Below the pieces are notes generated by a model. That model saw only the letters and a program-made list of their open reading frames with translations, ran no database searches and was not told where the DNA came from. Shown one piece after another: positions 52,301 through 64,000 of a stretch of DNA of 64,000 nt (its first letter is position 1; every line of letters begins with the position of its first letter). The translations under genes and the position numbers were made by a program. The stretch is taken from positions 277,537,511 through 277,601,510 of the forward strand of contig NC_058135.1 of NCBI RefSeq assembly GCF_016433145.1, written 5' to 3'. This DNA comes from Gracilinanus agilis (Eukaryota).

Positions 52301-52649
52301 CCTTTTTGAATGTAGGCTACACAACACTAGTTAGGGCATTGAATGAAAAGCTAAGTCTGGAGTCAAGAAGACCTAAGTTCAAATTTGGTTTCAGATATTT
52401 ATTATTGACATGACTCTAGACAAGTCAGTTAACCTCTGTTTATTTCAGTTTTCTCATATGTAAAATCATGGTAATAATAGCATCTACCTCCCAGGATTGT
52501 TGTAAGGATAAAATTAGTTAAAGCACTTTTCAAAACTTAAACTGCTATCTAAATGCTGACATTTATTATTATCATGATGCAAGCTCCTAGAGAGTAGACA
52601 ATGATTTGATTTTGTCCTGGTATCCCTTAGTTCCAAATATGTAGTGATT

Positions 52650-52848
52650 TTTTAAAAACCCATATCTTCCATCTTAGAATCAATACTGTGTTTTGGGTCT
52701 AAGACAGAAGAGTGGTACAGACTAGGCAATGGGGTCAAGTGACTTGCCTAGGGTCACACAGCTAGGAAGTGTCTAAGGTCAAATTTGAACCCAGAAACTC
52801 CCATCTTTAAGTCTGATTCTTAATCCACTGAGTCACCCAGCTGCACCC
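52650..52848 (-). mobile_element. SINE1_Mdo-like SINE with TSD
   Basis: Antisense SINE body, with the TSD CAAATATG(T/C)AGTGATT at 52634-52649 and 52849-52864. Confidence 0.88.
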
Positions 52849-54089
52849 CAAATATGCAGTGATTATAAAATGCTTGTTAATTGACTCATTAATTGATTAA
52901 TTTTCAATTCCAGAAGTAAAGATTATTAATAATAGCTTCTAAATAAATTTCTGAATAAAAAAGGATGGTCACTTGCAAGACATGTTCTGGAGAAGTATTT
53001 GTCCTCTTCCATTTTTTTTTGTAAAAGTAGTACTTCCTGTTTGCTCACTCTTCCAACTCATACTTCATTTGGAGGCAAGATACCTATAGGGAAAATATTG
53101 CCCATTTTCCTTAGGTCTCTAGGGGCAATGCTAAGGATATGTAGCATTTTATACTATTCTTCATTAGCCTCTTTGCAACCCTCCTCATATCAATCAACCA
53201 ATCACCCTAGTCAAGGAAGTGAATATAAACCCATATGCAAAGTTCCTGGGGAGAGTGTGGTCAAACTTGTAGCACAAAGGTATGGAGGAACACATGAAGA
53301 GAACTTGTAGAATAAAGTCCCTGCCCTAGAACTTTCTTTTTCTTTGTATAGTTTTTACCAAATTTGCTTATGGAAAAAATGAATGTTGATAAATTGCTCC
53401 CTTACTCAGCTAGAGTGTATTCTTTCAAGGTACAGTGTCTATGATTTGGGGATAATCTATTTTACTTATTTGAGTCAAAAAGGTTCCTCTGTGCTATAAT
53501 GGCTTCTATCACATGTTGATTTCCACTGCTACAAACTATGATTGCCAGTAAGATCTCTTTAATATCTTTGATAGATCCCCCCACACTCAGTCACCTGAGC
53601 ACTTTCATCTAAGAACTGAGATAAAAAAAACGATGAATATTAATTCACCTGCAATCTAGAAAGAATAAACATAAGTGAGAGGCAACCCAAGAGATAAGGT
53701 AACTGCAGAGCTCAGACCTGGTAAGTCATAGCAACTCTCTCACTCAAAAGTCACCAGGAAAGAGAGAGATAACTCATCTGTTTATGTGATTTTATGAACC
53801 TTGAATCTAGAGCAGAAACCCATGAGTCTCCGAAGATAATTAGATGATTTTTCATAATCACACAACATTAGTCACTAAGGCCAAAACCATCTTCTAGAGT
53901 TACACATTTTGGACTGATAGAAGACAGAAAATATTTATCCATATCCTCTTTAATTTAATAGGATGGGCAACTCTAGTCATGATCCAAGGCAGGAGTTCTT
54001 AACCTGGAGTCCATGAACATGAAATTCTATTTTTATATATTTAAAATCATCACTCTGAGAAGTCATGTATTCAATTCATCAAAGTTTTA

Positions 54090-54790
54090 AAGGCGTCTAT
54101 AATATAAAAATGTTACGAATTCCTGTTGGCAAAGGGCTCTAAACCTGTGCATACCTTTTGAGTCACTAATATTACTATTAAGTATCCCAAAGAGGCAAAA
54201 AAAAATAGTAAATGAACCCTTTTTACAAAAATATCCATTGTAGCTTTTTGGTAATGACAAAGAATGGGAAATTGAGGAAATGTCCATCAATTGAGGAATG
54301 GATAAACAAGTCGTAGTATATGATTGTGATGATTTCAGAAAAATCTGGAAAGATTGACATGCACTAATGCAAAATAAAGTGAGCAGAATCACAAGAACAT
54401 TGTCCACAGTGTCAGTAACATTTTTTGATGAACACCTATGAATGACCTAGTTTTTCTCAGCAATTCAGTAATCCAGGACAACCCAAGAGAGTAATGATGA
54501 AAATGTCCTCCAAGAACTGATGTAATCAGAAGGCAGGCTGAAACATATTATATTTCATTTTCTTATTTTTTTTCTTTTTTCCACTTGAGATCTCACCCAC
54601 AAAATGAGTAATAGAGAAAAAAATTACATGTTGGCACATGTAAAATATATATTAGATTGCTTAATGTCTCAGAAAGAGGTAGGAAAGAGCTAGGAAGGGT
54701 AGCAAAGAGAGAGAGAATTTGGAATTTCAATTTTTTTAAAGAACATAAAAATATTTTTACATGTAATTGCATAAAGCTATAATATTTAAA
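54090..54790 (+). mobile_element. L1 3' end fragment
   Basis: CTTTTTGGTAATGACAAAGAATGGGAAATTGAGGAAATGTCCATCAATTGAGGAATGGATAAACAAG followed by 3' UTR-like sequence. Confidence 0.8.
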
Positions 54791-56029
54791 ATGTTTTCAA
54801 AGAATTCCTTCTCAAAGGTTTGAGGTGTCAACCACCCAGTTCTACTCCCCCCACTCCATTACATTGATTTTGTTGCTACTTCTCCTGAGGGGAAGGATAT
54901 ACTTGTTGGCAGTTCAGGACAAATAAAATAGTTAAACTTCACTGATAAACCATGGTACAGACAGGGGTTTTCTTGAATAACAATGAAGTTACAAGTCATC
55001 TTTGTTTCAACTTTGAATGACTTAACTTATCAATCATGAAAAGATTTCTGGAGAAATGATTTAAAAACAAAAAAGTTTAAAAATAAAAAATCAATTAAAA
55101 CACCAGACAGAGTGCTAGTTTCCATTTATCCAATATTGTTCACTAATAAGCTATTCACAGACTCATAGGAATTCATAGTTAAAAGGGGCCTCAGAGTACC
55201 CATCTAGTCCAAAGAGTAACTGAGTTAAAATACACAAGTGAATTAGTCAGACAATTGATACTGATTCTCACAAATACCACCATTTCCTTCAAGGCATTTA
55301 AACCACTTCTCTCCTCTTAAAAAAGCAGAAAAAAATAACTCTAGGTGACCAGCATGAAGATCCATTACTGTGTTCACATAGAGAAAGAGTGCACAGCCTC
55401 CCTAAAAGGATATTCCATTCAATTTAATAAATATATTAAGCATCCATTGAATGATTGCTATGGGGATATATCAAGATCTCAGTTGAATTAGTGAGCAACT
55501 TAATGTGGTAATTCTCCCCACAAATGCAGATTTCAGCCTCTCTCTGTCATCTATTCCCTGAGTAATTCTTGTTTATGGTTTTCCATAAAGTCTGTATACA
55601 TCAATGAAACCATAATTGAAAATTTATTAAGTACCTACCATAATATTACTGTTTTAAGTTCTGGGAATATGAAGAGTCAAAAAATAGTCCCTGACCTTAC
55701 AATCTAATAGACATCAAGTGTGTGCATGCTGGGGGTTTTCTTATAATTCTCATTAAATTTCATGAGTGCTAAAGTAGAACTCAGGTAAATAGGACAAACA
55801 CTTTACCTTCTTAGGCCTTTATCAGCCTGAAAAAAATGAGTGAGAAGATGAAATCTGAAGTCCCTTCATGATGGAATTCTCTGATCCTACAACTTATTAT
55901 TTCTAGCTTTTGCTTCAAAATGAGTCAAACTCTTTTTCTTCTCATTGTATCTTTCTTTGATGATGTGCCCTTCCCCATTTCTTGTGTGTTCTGTTCTTTT
56001 GCTCATCTTTCATGTTGATGACAAATGAT

Positions 56030-56375
56030 ATTACATGGTGAGGTGAAGTCTTGACTTGCACACGAATTGGATTCAAGAGGACAGAGTTGCACCAAACCTT
56101 TCAGCTTTATACCCTCTTCCATAGTCATAGAATTTTGGTGGCAAGATAAAAATCAAGAATACTGGAGATGGCTTAAGATATTGTGGACAACCTTGCTGTC
56201 TTTGATGTCTGACTAGGCTCTAAATACTCCACAGTACCTCCTTCATCCACCTTTATGGTCTTTGGAACAAATTATTCTCATCCACCCATTCTACAAGGGA
56301 AAGTCTTTACATGCTTGAGGTAAACACCCTTCTAACTCATCAAGAGTTGGTTTGAGGCCTATTGGTTATCTTCAA
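56030..56375 (-). mobile_element. RTE-clade LINE (RTE1_Mars-like) fragment
   Basis: GTCTTTGATGTCTGACTAGGCTCTAAATACTCCACAG…GGAACAAATTATTCTCATCCACCCATTC…AAGTCTTTACATGCTTG resembles the recalled marsupial RTE consensus. A further RTE-like piece lies at about 57140-57420. Confidence 0.7.
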
Positions 56376-58674
56376 CATTGTTTAGTTTATCTGAAAAGAA
56401 AATTACCAAGATGTGGTCGGTAAGATTTCTGATGGTCAAAATCTACCTCTCCAATCTGTGTTAGGGTATTTGCAATTTTTACTCATATTAGTTATGCTTC
56501 AGAAATTGTAGTTTCTCCAAGATTTAACTCATAGTATATCAATGAAAGAACATTTTTTTCCATAATGTAATTGGCCTCAATGCAACTTCCAAAATGAAAT
56601 CCAGTGAAATTTTTCATAACCAATTCTGGGCCCAATCTATTATGATATTTTATCAACTGTTTTAGGTATGTGAACTAAAACAACTGAAAAGACTAGATAT
56701 TCTCAGCCAGAACTGGAAATACAGGAACAAAATGCATATACACAGATATAATTCCTGACCTCAAAAAGCTTACAGTCTTAAAGGATATAATACACCATCT
56801 ATACAAATAAATTTGGCACAATATAAAGTGTTATGGGGAAAATATCCAGACAAACCATTCTTGGAAGAGTGAAAAGAAAATTGGTTAAGAGATCAATTAA
56901 GAGTTTTTAGAGTAGAGGAGACAGGAGCCAACCTTTGAAGGTAATTAAGGATTCTAAGAGGTAGAGAATTTGAAGTGAGTAAATTCCAAGCACATGGAAT
57001 ATTCTGTGCAAATGTGTGGTACTGGGAGATTAGAAATTGGCATGAGGAAATAATTAAGAATGTAGTTTAACTAGAATATAGAGAATGAAGGGTAATGATA
57101 TGCAAGACTAAAAAGGTAAATTGGAGTCCATTTGTTGGATGTCATATCTGGGAAGTATAGTATCAGATGTCAAGACTTCCACAAAGACAGTACATGAGGA
57201 CAATAATACTTCAAACACCTATGATTTCATCCATATGGCAGACCCTACACTGCTAATGATTACATCCCCTCCATGGTGTGGAAAGTCTTCACAAATTGTT
57301 TTTGCATTGACAAGCATGAAAAGTCTATCATCAATCTGATGAAGACTCTCAAAACATTGATAAACTAACCTTTAGATGACAAATACACAGTATGTCACCA
57401 TATCCATATTGAAGCATTTCTAGCTCTATAAAACTAGCCATAATTAACCTTTCACTAATTTTATCATTTGACTATCTAGAATTACTTCAATTAAAAAATA
57501 AGATATAATGGCAAGACTGCAAAGTTGCAATGATAGTGTTACCTCACATTTGTTTTACACTTTAAAGTTTATATAACATTTTCATTATGCAGCAACCATC
57601 TGAGGTAAGTTTCTTTTGTTTTATAATAAAGGAAAGAGATACTTGGAGATTCGATAAATTTCAAAAGGCCATGAAATTAATATTGGAATATGAAATCAAA
57701 CTCAACTATATTAACACTGTACAAGTCCCGTAATCTATGTGTCTCAGTTTCCTCATCCATAAATTGAGAGGATTGGACTTGGAGACCTCCAAGTCCTTTA
57801 AATAACTTTTTAAAACCATGATCCTATAACTATATGATTAAGTCTAGCACTCTTTCAAAATACTAAAATAAAATAAGAACAAAGAAAACACCTAGTATGA
57901 TAAATAAGAGAAAGTAAAACAACCATGAGAACAAAAAGAGAGGTTAGAAATCAAACCAAATAGCATTAACCAAAGTAATTTAAAACAGAACATGCTAAAA
58001 ACCAAAAGAGAAGGGAACAAAAATAATGCTCTTAATGTCTAGGTGAAGAGAACAATGAATCTTTAATGGTTGGATTGACAAGGGAACAGATCTTTAAAAG
58101 GGGGTGGAGTTTTAACAGGAAGATAGGAATCAGAAGGCTAGAGTGAAAATAGAGGGAGTTGATAGTGGTGGGAGTACATTAGAAGAAGAGAAAACATTTT
58201 AAAAAACATAAATGATTAAAAGTGCCCACAAATTATGTTTGGGACCAAATAGGTTATCTTGTTTGATTAAAGTCAAGAGTGGGAATAAATGATATTGAAT
58301 TTAGAAAGGTAGATGTGTGTCAAAATGCAAAGGGCCTCCAATATAATAAAGGTTTGGATTTTGGTTTCACAATTTCCTAGAATGCAGGACCTCACAGGTC
58401 AGCTAGTCCAATCACCTCATCTTAAAGAGGAGGAAATGGAGAAGTTGAAATTTTAATGGCTTTGTCTACACCCTAATATTTGAACCAAACTCATCTGTCT
58501 TCAAATCCATGGCTTGCCCCACCCCTCCACCACCCATGTATCAAAAAGGGTTTTCCACCTAATCAAATAATGGAGCTCCAAGAATGCCTTTGGGAATCAT
58601 TGTTCCCAACATAAAAATAAACAAGGATACTCACAAAGGAAAACAGTGCCTTAAATAAAATATGTCATATTTCA

Positions 58675-58894
58675 TCAGTCCCCAATTAATGTGTCATCCC
58701 TAAACTCCAGAACAACTCTAATTGATTCTTTGGAGACTGAAGTGTGGGTTTCTGAGAGCCTGGGAAGGAGAGATCCCAAAGGAACCAATTGGAGATATGC
58801 TCAGGTCCAAGAGAAGATATGTCACAGCTGAAGAATAAGCAAGGAAGCAGACTGTCTGTGACCCAAGCTGTCCTCTGCCAGATTTAAGGTAAGT
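58675..58894 (+). promoter_or_regulatory. Candidate promoter and non-coding first exon of OR9G4
   Basis: Homeodomain sites CAATTAAT (~58683) and CTAATTGA (~58718), an O/E-like ATCCCAAAGGA (~58772), then a consensus donor AAG|GTAAGT at 58888/58889. Confidence 0.45.
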
Positions 58895-59394
58895 GGCTAG
58901 AATTAGAGACTGGCATATGGGCACCAAGTGAGCCGAATCTGATTTTACTCTTCAGACCATAGAAACAGAGATATTAGAGAAGGAGAGAAGAATTTAGAGA
59001 TGATATTATCTTATTTTTTACTATATAGATGAAGAAACTAAAGATCAGAGACTTTAGGAAGGAGCTTTCTCAAGACCACATGAGTAGTAATTAGCAGAGC
59101 TTGGATTCATATGATATTAAGATCATTGATTTATAAATATTGGAGGATTTAAAGGATTTAGCCTCAACACCTCATTTTACAGTCAAGGAATATTTCCAAA
59201 AGATATTAAATAACATTTTCAAACTCACATTGGTTGTGATAGAGACAGGATTTGGAACTTGGGTTTTATCCCACCAATCAAAGGCTCTTTTTGTTACATT
59301 AGACTTTATCTTTAAAAATATTAAAGTGTTCTTTTATTAAGTGATGATGGCAACTAACATCTTTCCATTTCCTCCTCTTTAAAATGGGAAGACT

Positions 59395-59598
59395 CATTGT
59401 CCTGAGGTCAAACTGGCCTCAGATACTTATTAACTGTGTGAACCTGGTCAAGTCATTTAAATCTTTTGCCTCAGTTTTCTCATTGGTAAAATGAGTTTGA
59501 GAAGGAAATGAAAAAACAATCCATTATCATTGTCAAGAAAACTACAAATGGTATCACAAATGAAGCATGACTAAAAATGACTGAATAAAAACAACAAA
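59395..59598 (+). mobile_element. MAR1-type SINE
   Basis: TCAAACTGGCCTCAGATACTTATTAACTGTGTG…GAGAAGGAAATG…AACAACAAAA. Confidence 0.7.
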
Positions 59599-61140
59599 AG
59601 GTGTTGCTATTCCCATCTTACAGATAATTCGATCAAGATTCACAGAAGTAAAATGAGCTATCTGGTGTCAGAAATGAGTGAGGTAGGATTTAATCTAGGT
59701 TCATTCTGACTTCAGGTCTAGTGTCATGTACTCTACTTCCTCTTTAGGTTTAGCACCTACAGGGGTCTAGAAGAAATTTCCTACTATTTTCCCCCCTTGG
59801 AGTATTATTAAAAAGAATAATATGCTTTTACTCATTCCACATAGCTCCTTTGTATGCTATTTCCTTGAAGTTTTAACTTTCACTTTGTCAGAATTCTACA
59901 TTATTAAATAAAATAAAAACCTAGAGATCCTTATGTGAATGTGAAAGAGCTTCCTCATTCCATCACTTATTTAGGTGCTGTAATTTCCTCTTCTTTTTGG
60001 TCACTGAAAGAACTAGGTGTCAAGTTATGTATCTTTCCCTAAAAGTAAGCTGTAAGGCAAAAATATTAGATCTGAAACCTTACCCATCATCTGGGGCATG
60101 ATGAATACTAGGGACATGTTCAGCCATTCCTTTTATATTCTAACCAAAATGACTTAAAGTGTACGTTCAAATCCCCACTCTCTATAGTTTCCAATATGTG
60201 AATCTTTTCCTCATTATACTAATATAGGATCATACGGTCTAGATATGATCTTGTACAATGACATCATTTGAGACATGACATAACAGTCCAGAGAAAGGCA
60301 GACATTTTTCCAAGGCAATAATTTCATAAAATAGTAGCTATAGTTTGACTTAATTTATCATTCTATGACTTTACTCTTTAATAGATAACTACCTCTTTGT
60401 ACTATATTCTGTTCCTGAAGAAGAGTAAATGCACGGGCCTGGGAGACAGTAGAAATAGAATCTGGTCCTTGGTCTTCCATGATAGCTTCATGACCTTGGG
60501 AAAGTCATATGCTTATTCTCACTTTCTATTTCTTTTTCTATAAAATAAGAGAGTTCCACTAAATCATATTTATCATATCATTTTTGATAGTGTAATCCCT
60601 AAGGGTTCTCTTAGCTTGAATGCCCTAGGAGTAAAGTATTATATATTCATTGCTACTATATTTGTCAAAGAAAAAATCTTCTTAAGGATAGCCTGAGGAT
60701 AAAGATCATGGAAGGCTCCTACAATTTCTTCTATAGTTTCTATAACTCATGGTCCAATACACGCTACTTCCAACATTGGGATTATTAAAAAGGATGAATG
60801 AGTATCCACCTTCAAAGGGCTTGCAGAAGCATTTCCCTTTTAAAAAAGATTACTCAAAAGTCTACTTTTTCCAGTCTTAGTCTCCTTCCTGAACCCCACT
60901 ATCATCTCCTGTAAGCCATTTGGTATTTCCAACTGAATTTCTCATAAGCATCTCAAATTCAAAATGTACAAACAGATTCATTATCTTTTCCTCCCAAACT
61001 CCCCAGAACTTTGCTATTACTGTCATAGTCACCACAATACTTCTAGTCAAACAGTTTCACAACACCAATTCGTTGGATCCTTAACTTTTCACTATTACTC
61101 ATTCCATGTATCAAATCAACTACCAAATAAAAGTATCACA

Positions 61141-61325
61141 ACTAGGTGACTCAGTGGACTGAGAGTCAGGTTACAGACTGGAGGTCCTGAGTTCAAATCT
61201 GGCATTTGACACTTCCTAGCTGTATGACCATAGGCAAGTCATTTAATCCCCATTGCCTAGCTCTACTCTCTCTTCTGCCTTGGAACCAATACAATAAATG
61301 AAATCGAAGTAAGGTTTAAAAAAAT
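61141..61325 (+). mobile_element. SINE1_Mdo-like SINE inserted in the L2
   Basis: CTAGGTGACTCAGTGGACTGAGAGTCAGG…CCCCATTGCCTAG…CTTCTGCCTTGGAACCAATAC, with a short flanking repeat ATCACAA. Confidence 0.85.
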
Positions 61326-61485
61326 CACAATATTTCCCATACATGGCATCTCCTCTCCACCCACAAACCATTCTAGTTCAAGTCCTTGGCACCTTTCACA
61401 TAGATTTCCACAATTACCCCCCATCTATTTGTCCTGCTTCAGGTCACTCAGTCTGCATTCCTTCAAATCCATCCTGCACATTGCT

Positions 61486-61690
61486 CTTATGCCATTATGT
61501 AGCAATCTGTAACCCCCCTTCTATATTTATCTGCCATGTCCAAGTCATTCTGTGTTTGGCTGGTTGCTGCCTGCTATACATAGGTAGGTTCATGAATTCT
61601 ATAGCCCACACGGCTAACACATTTTGCCTGGAATTTTGTGGGAAAGTCATCATTGTCCCTTTTTTATGTGTTGTACCACCCCTGGTAAAG
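61486..61690 (+). pseudogene. ~200-bp OR9G4-derived fragment (end of TM3 to ECL2) embedded in an L2 element
   Basis: Aligns by eye to 63540-63742 at about 84% identity with a +1 and a +2 indel. Shared blocks include TATGTAGCAATCTGTAACCCCC, CTGCCATGTCCAAGTC, GCCCACAC.GCTAACACATTT and CCACC.CTGGTAAAG. No other OR sequence is seen in the flanks. Confidence 0.88.
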
Positions 61691-63130
61691 CGATTATTCC
61701 AAAGGGTGGTTTTGATAATGTCAATACCCTACTCTACAAACAGCAATAGTTCCCTATTACTTCTAGGATCCAATACAAAATCTTTTGTATGGAATTTAAA
61801 ACTCCACAACCTAGCTTTGTCTTATCTTACCAGTACTTTAATATATTGATCTCCCATAATCAAAGATCTAGCCATATTGGTCAAGTTGGTATTCCTCTTA
61901 TTTGTTACTCTATCTTCCATCTTAATGCTTTTGTTTTCTCTGTCCCCCATGACTGCAAATTTCCATCTTAACTCCCAGCTCTTAAAAAAAAGCTTAAACT
62001 TAGCTCAAATATCCCTTTCTGTTTGAGGTTTTTCTTGGCCCTTCAGCTTCTAGGGCCTTCTCTTATGGGGTCATTTTCTCTCTGTTTTGTATTAATCCTG
62101 TATGGATGATTTTTTTTATTTGTTGTCACCCTTTCAGGAATATAAACCACTTTAAGGCAAGGATTAGTTTTGCTCATTTGTTTTTTATTTTTCCTTATAT
62201 CTCCAGCATCTAGGACAGTGCCTGGCATTTAGTAAGCAAATGACAAATATTTACTGATTTTTGATCAATTAACTTCTTGATTTATGGACTGATCAATTAA
62301 CACTAGCCCAGTAATTGTTCCTCACTATAACTTCGTAACTACTTTTTTAGAACTGAAAGTTAAGAAGGAAAGTTGCAGACATGGGGACAAGAGAATTCAA
62401 AAACACAAGGTAGAAGATGGATATATCAGTGTATTCTGTATGTTAGGAAAAGATACTGGCTCCAGATTCACTGAATTTGACATAATATCTTACATTACCC
62501 CCCAGTGATTACTGGTATACCTGCATGACCACAAACGAGTCATCTAACTTTCTGAGCCTTAGTTTCTTCATCTGTGAAATGATAGCATTAGAAATAAAGA
62601 AATATTTAAGGGCCTTTCCAAATTTTCAGTCATAGTCCCAAGATCTAAAAAATGAGAAAGCTTAAGTTGATCTCCAAGCTCCCACACCACAATAACAATC
62701 TGAGTTGTACTTTCCAATTCAGACATTCCATATTCTAAGGTGCCACCAAGACCTTAAATTCTCTGTTCTATGCTCTTCAATGTCTTATATTTTAGGATGT
62801 CCAGCTTCCTCCTCTGTGAAATGAAGGGAAAAGTCTAGCTAGGATTTGTATATTTAATTAGGTTTTACAAAACATTTTACATACATTATTCCATTTGATC
62901 CACAAAACAAACCTGGGAAGTGAGTGCAATTATTATACCCATTTTTACAGATGAGGAACATTTGGTATATAGGGGGTGTAATTATGGTACCCAGGGTCCC
63001 ACAGATGATAAACAGCTAAAGCAAAAGTGAATTCAGGTCCTCTTGGCTGCAAGTCTAAAGCTCTATCCTCTGTGCTTCCATGTACCCCACAGAGGTCACT
63101 CCAAATCTAAATCCTAGAAACTAATAAATT

Positions 63131-63166
63131 CTGTGTCTCTCTTTGCTGCTTCTTTGATTCAATCAG
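63131..63166 (+). promoter_or_regulatory. Splice acceptor for the OR9G4 coding exon
   Basis: CTGTGTCTCTCTTTGCTGCTTCTTTGATTCAATCAG|GTTGCAACCACTATG: a long pyrimidine tract plus CAG, 12 nt before the ATG. Confidence 0.65.
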
Positions 63167-63178
63167 GTTGCAACCACT

Positions 63179-64000
63179 ATGTCTGTTGATGTGGGGAATC
63201 GAACCACCTTGAATGAGTTCATCTTAATTGGCTTTTCTGCTAACCCTCAGATGCAAGTGGTCTTCTTTGTAGTTTTTTTGTCCCTTTATTTGGTAACATT
63301 GGCTGGAAACATGACTCTTGTTGTCTTAATTAGAATTGACTCCCGTTTGCATACTCCCATGTATTTTTTCATTGGGAATTTGTCATTCTTAGACTTCTGG
63401 TATACATCAGTGTATACCCCCAAAATTCTGGCTACCTGTATATCAGAGGATAAGCGGATATCCTTAGCAGGCTGTGGTGCTCAACTTTTCTTTTCCTGTG
63501 TTGTGGCCTATACTGAGTGTTATCTTCTTGCTGCTATGTCCTATGACCGTTATGTAGCAATCTGTAACCCCCTTCTCTATTCAGCTGCCATGTCCAAGTC
63601 TCTCTGCGTTGGGTTGGTTGCTGGGTCCTATATAGGTGGCTTCATGAATGCCATCGCCCACACTGCTAACACATTTCGCCTGAAATTTTGTGGGAAAAAC
63701 ATCATTGACCACTTTTTCTGTGATGCCCCACCACTGGTAAAGATGTCCTGCACAGACACAAAGGTCTATGAGAAGGTGCTCCTGGGGGTGGTGGGTTTCA
63801 CAGTGCTGTCTAATATACTAGCCATCCTGATCTCCTACTTCAATATCCTCCTGGCCATCCTTCGCATCTGCTCAGCTTCGGGGAGGTGGAAGGCTTTCTC
63901 CACCTGTGCTTCTCACATGATCTCTGTCATGCTCTTCTATGGGTCCCTTCTCTTCATGTACTCAAGACCCAGCTCTACCTACTCCCTGGAGAAGGACAAG
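63179..64000 (+). CDS. OR9G4: Olfactory receptor OR9G4-like, truncated by the window end (274 open codons seen)
   Basis: Hand translation from the ATG at 63179 gives [20 protein letters not shown]...[28 protein letters not shown]...[36 protein letters not shown]...[17 protein letters not shown]...[12 protein letters not shown] with no stop. This matches recalled OR9G4. It is missing from the ORF track, presumably because the stop lies outside the window. Confidence 0.93.
   Translation, partial: MSVDVGNRTTLNEFILIGFSANPQMQVVFFVVFLSLYLVTLAGNMTLVVLIRIDSRLHTPMYFFIGNLSFLDFWYTSVYTPKILATCISEDKRISLAGCGAQLFFSCVVAYTECYLLAAMSYDRYVAICNPLLYSAAMSKSLCVGLVAGSYIGGFMNAIAHTANTFRLKFCGKNIIDHFFCDAPPLVKMSCTDTKVYEKVLLGVVGFTVLSNILAILISYFNILLAILRICSASGRWKAFSTCASHMISVMLFYGSLLFMYSRPSSTYSLEKDK

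Larger units (their letters stand above)
60870..62260 (+). mobile_element. LINE-2 3' portion, interrupted by a SINE (61141-61325) and by the OR9G4 fragment
   Basis: L2-like blocks appear in the expected order: CATCTCAAATTCAAAATGTAC, CAAATCCATCCTGCACATTGCT, CCCTATTACTTCTAGGATCCAATACAAAATC, and a terminal CAGTGCCTGGCATTTAGTAAGC. Confidence 0.8.

Overview
AT-rich marsupial genomic DNA, most likely Monodelphis or another didelphid, judged from SINE1_Mdo-type SINEs, MAR1, RTE_Mars and marsupial L1. The window is part of a class II olfactory receptor (OR) cluster. It holds three complete single-coding-exon ORs (OR5AP2-like on -, OR5AR1-like on +, OR2AH1-like on -) and a fourth, OR9G4-like (+), that runs off the window end and is absent from the ORF track. 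The rest is mostly transposon-derived: a gag-only LTR element (about 21.3-25.6 kb), a 3.2-kb L1 that keeps its 5' UTR and a perfect 19-bp TSD but lacks ORF1 and the endonuclease domain, older L1 fragments, about 10 SINE1_Mdo-like copies, and MAR1, MIR, L2 and RTE fragments. The most unusual observation is a ~200-bp diverged copy of the middle of the OR9G4 coding exon sitting inside an otherwise continuous L2 element about 1.5 kb upstream of the OR9G4 start codon. I found no convincing new multi-gene system. OR names and synteny come from recalled sequences, not database searches. Repeat boundaries and percent identities are hand estimates.
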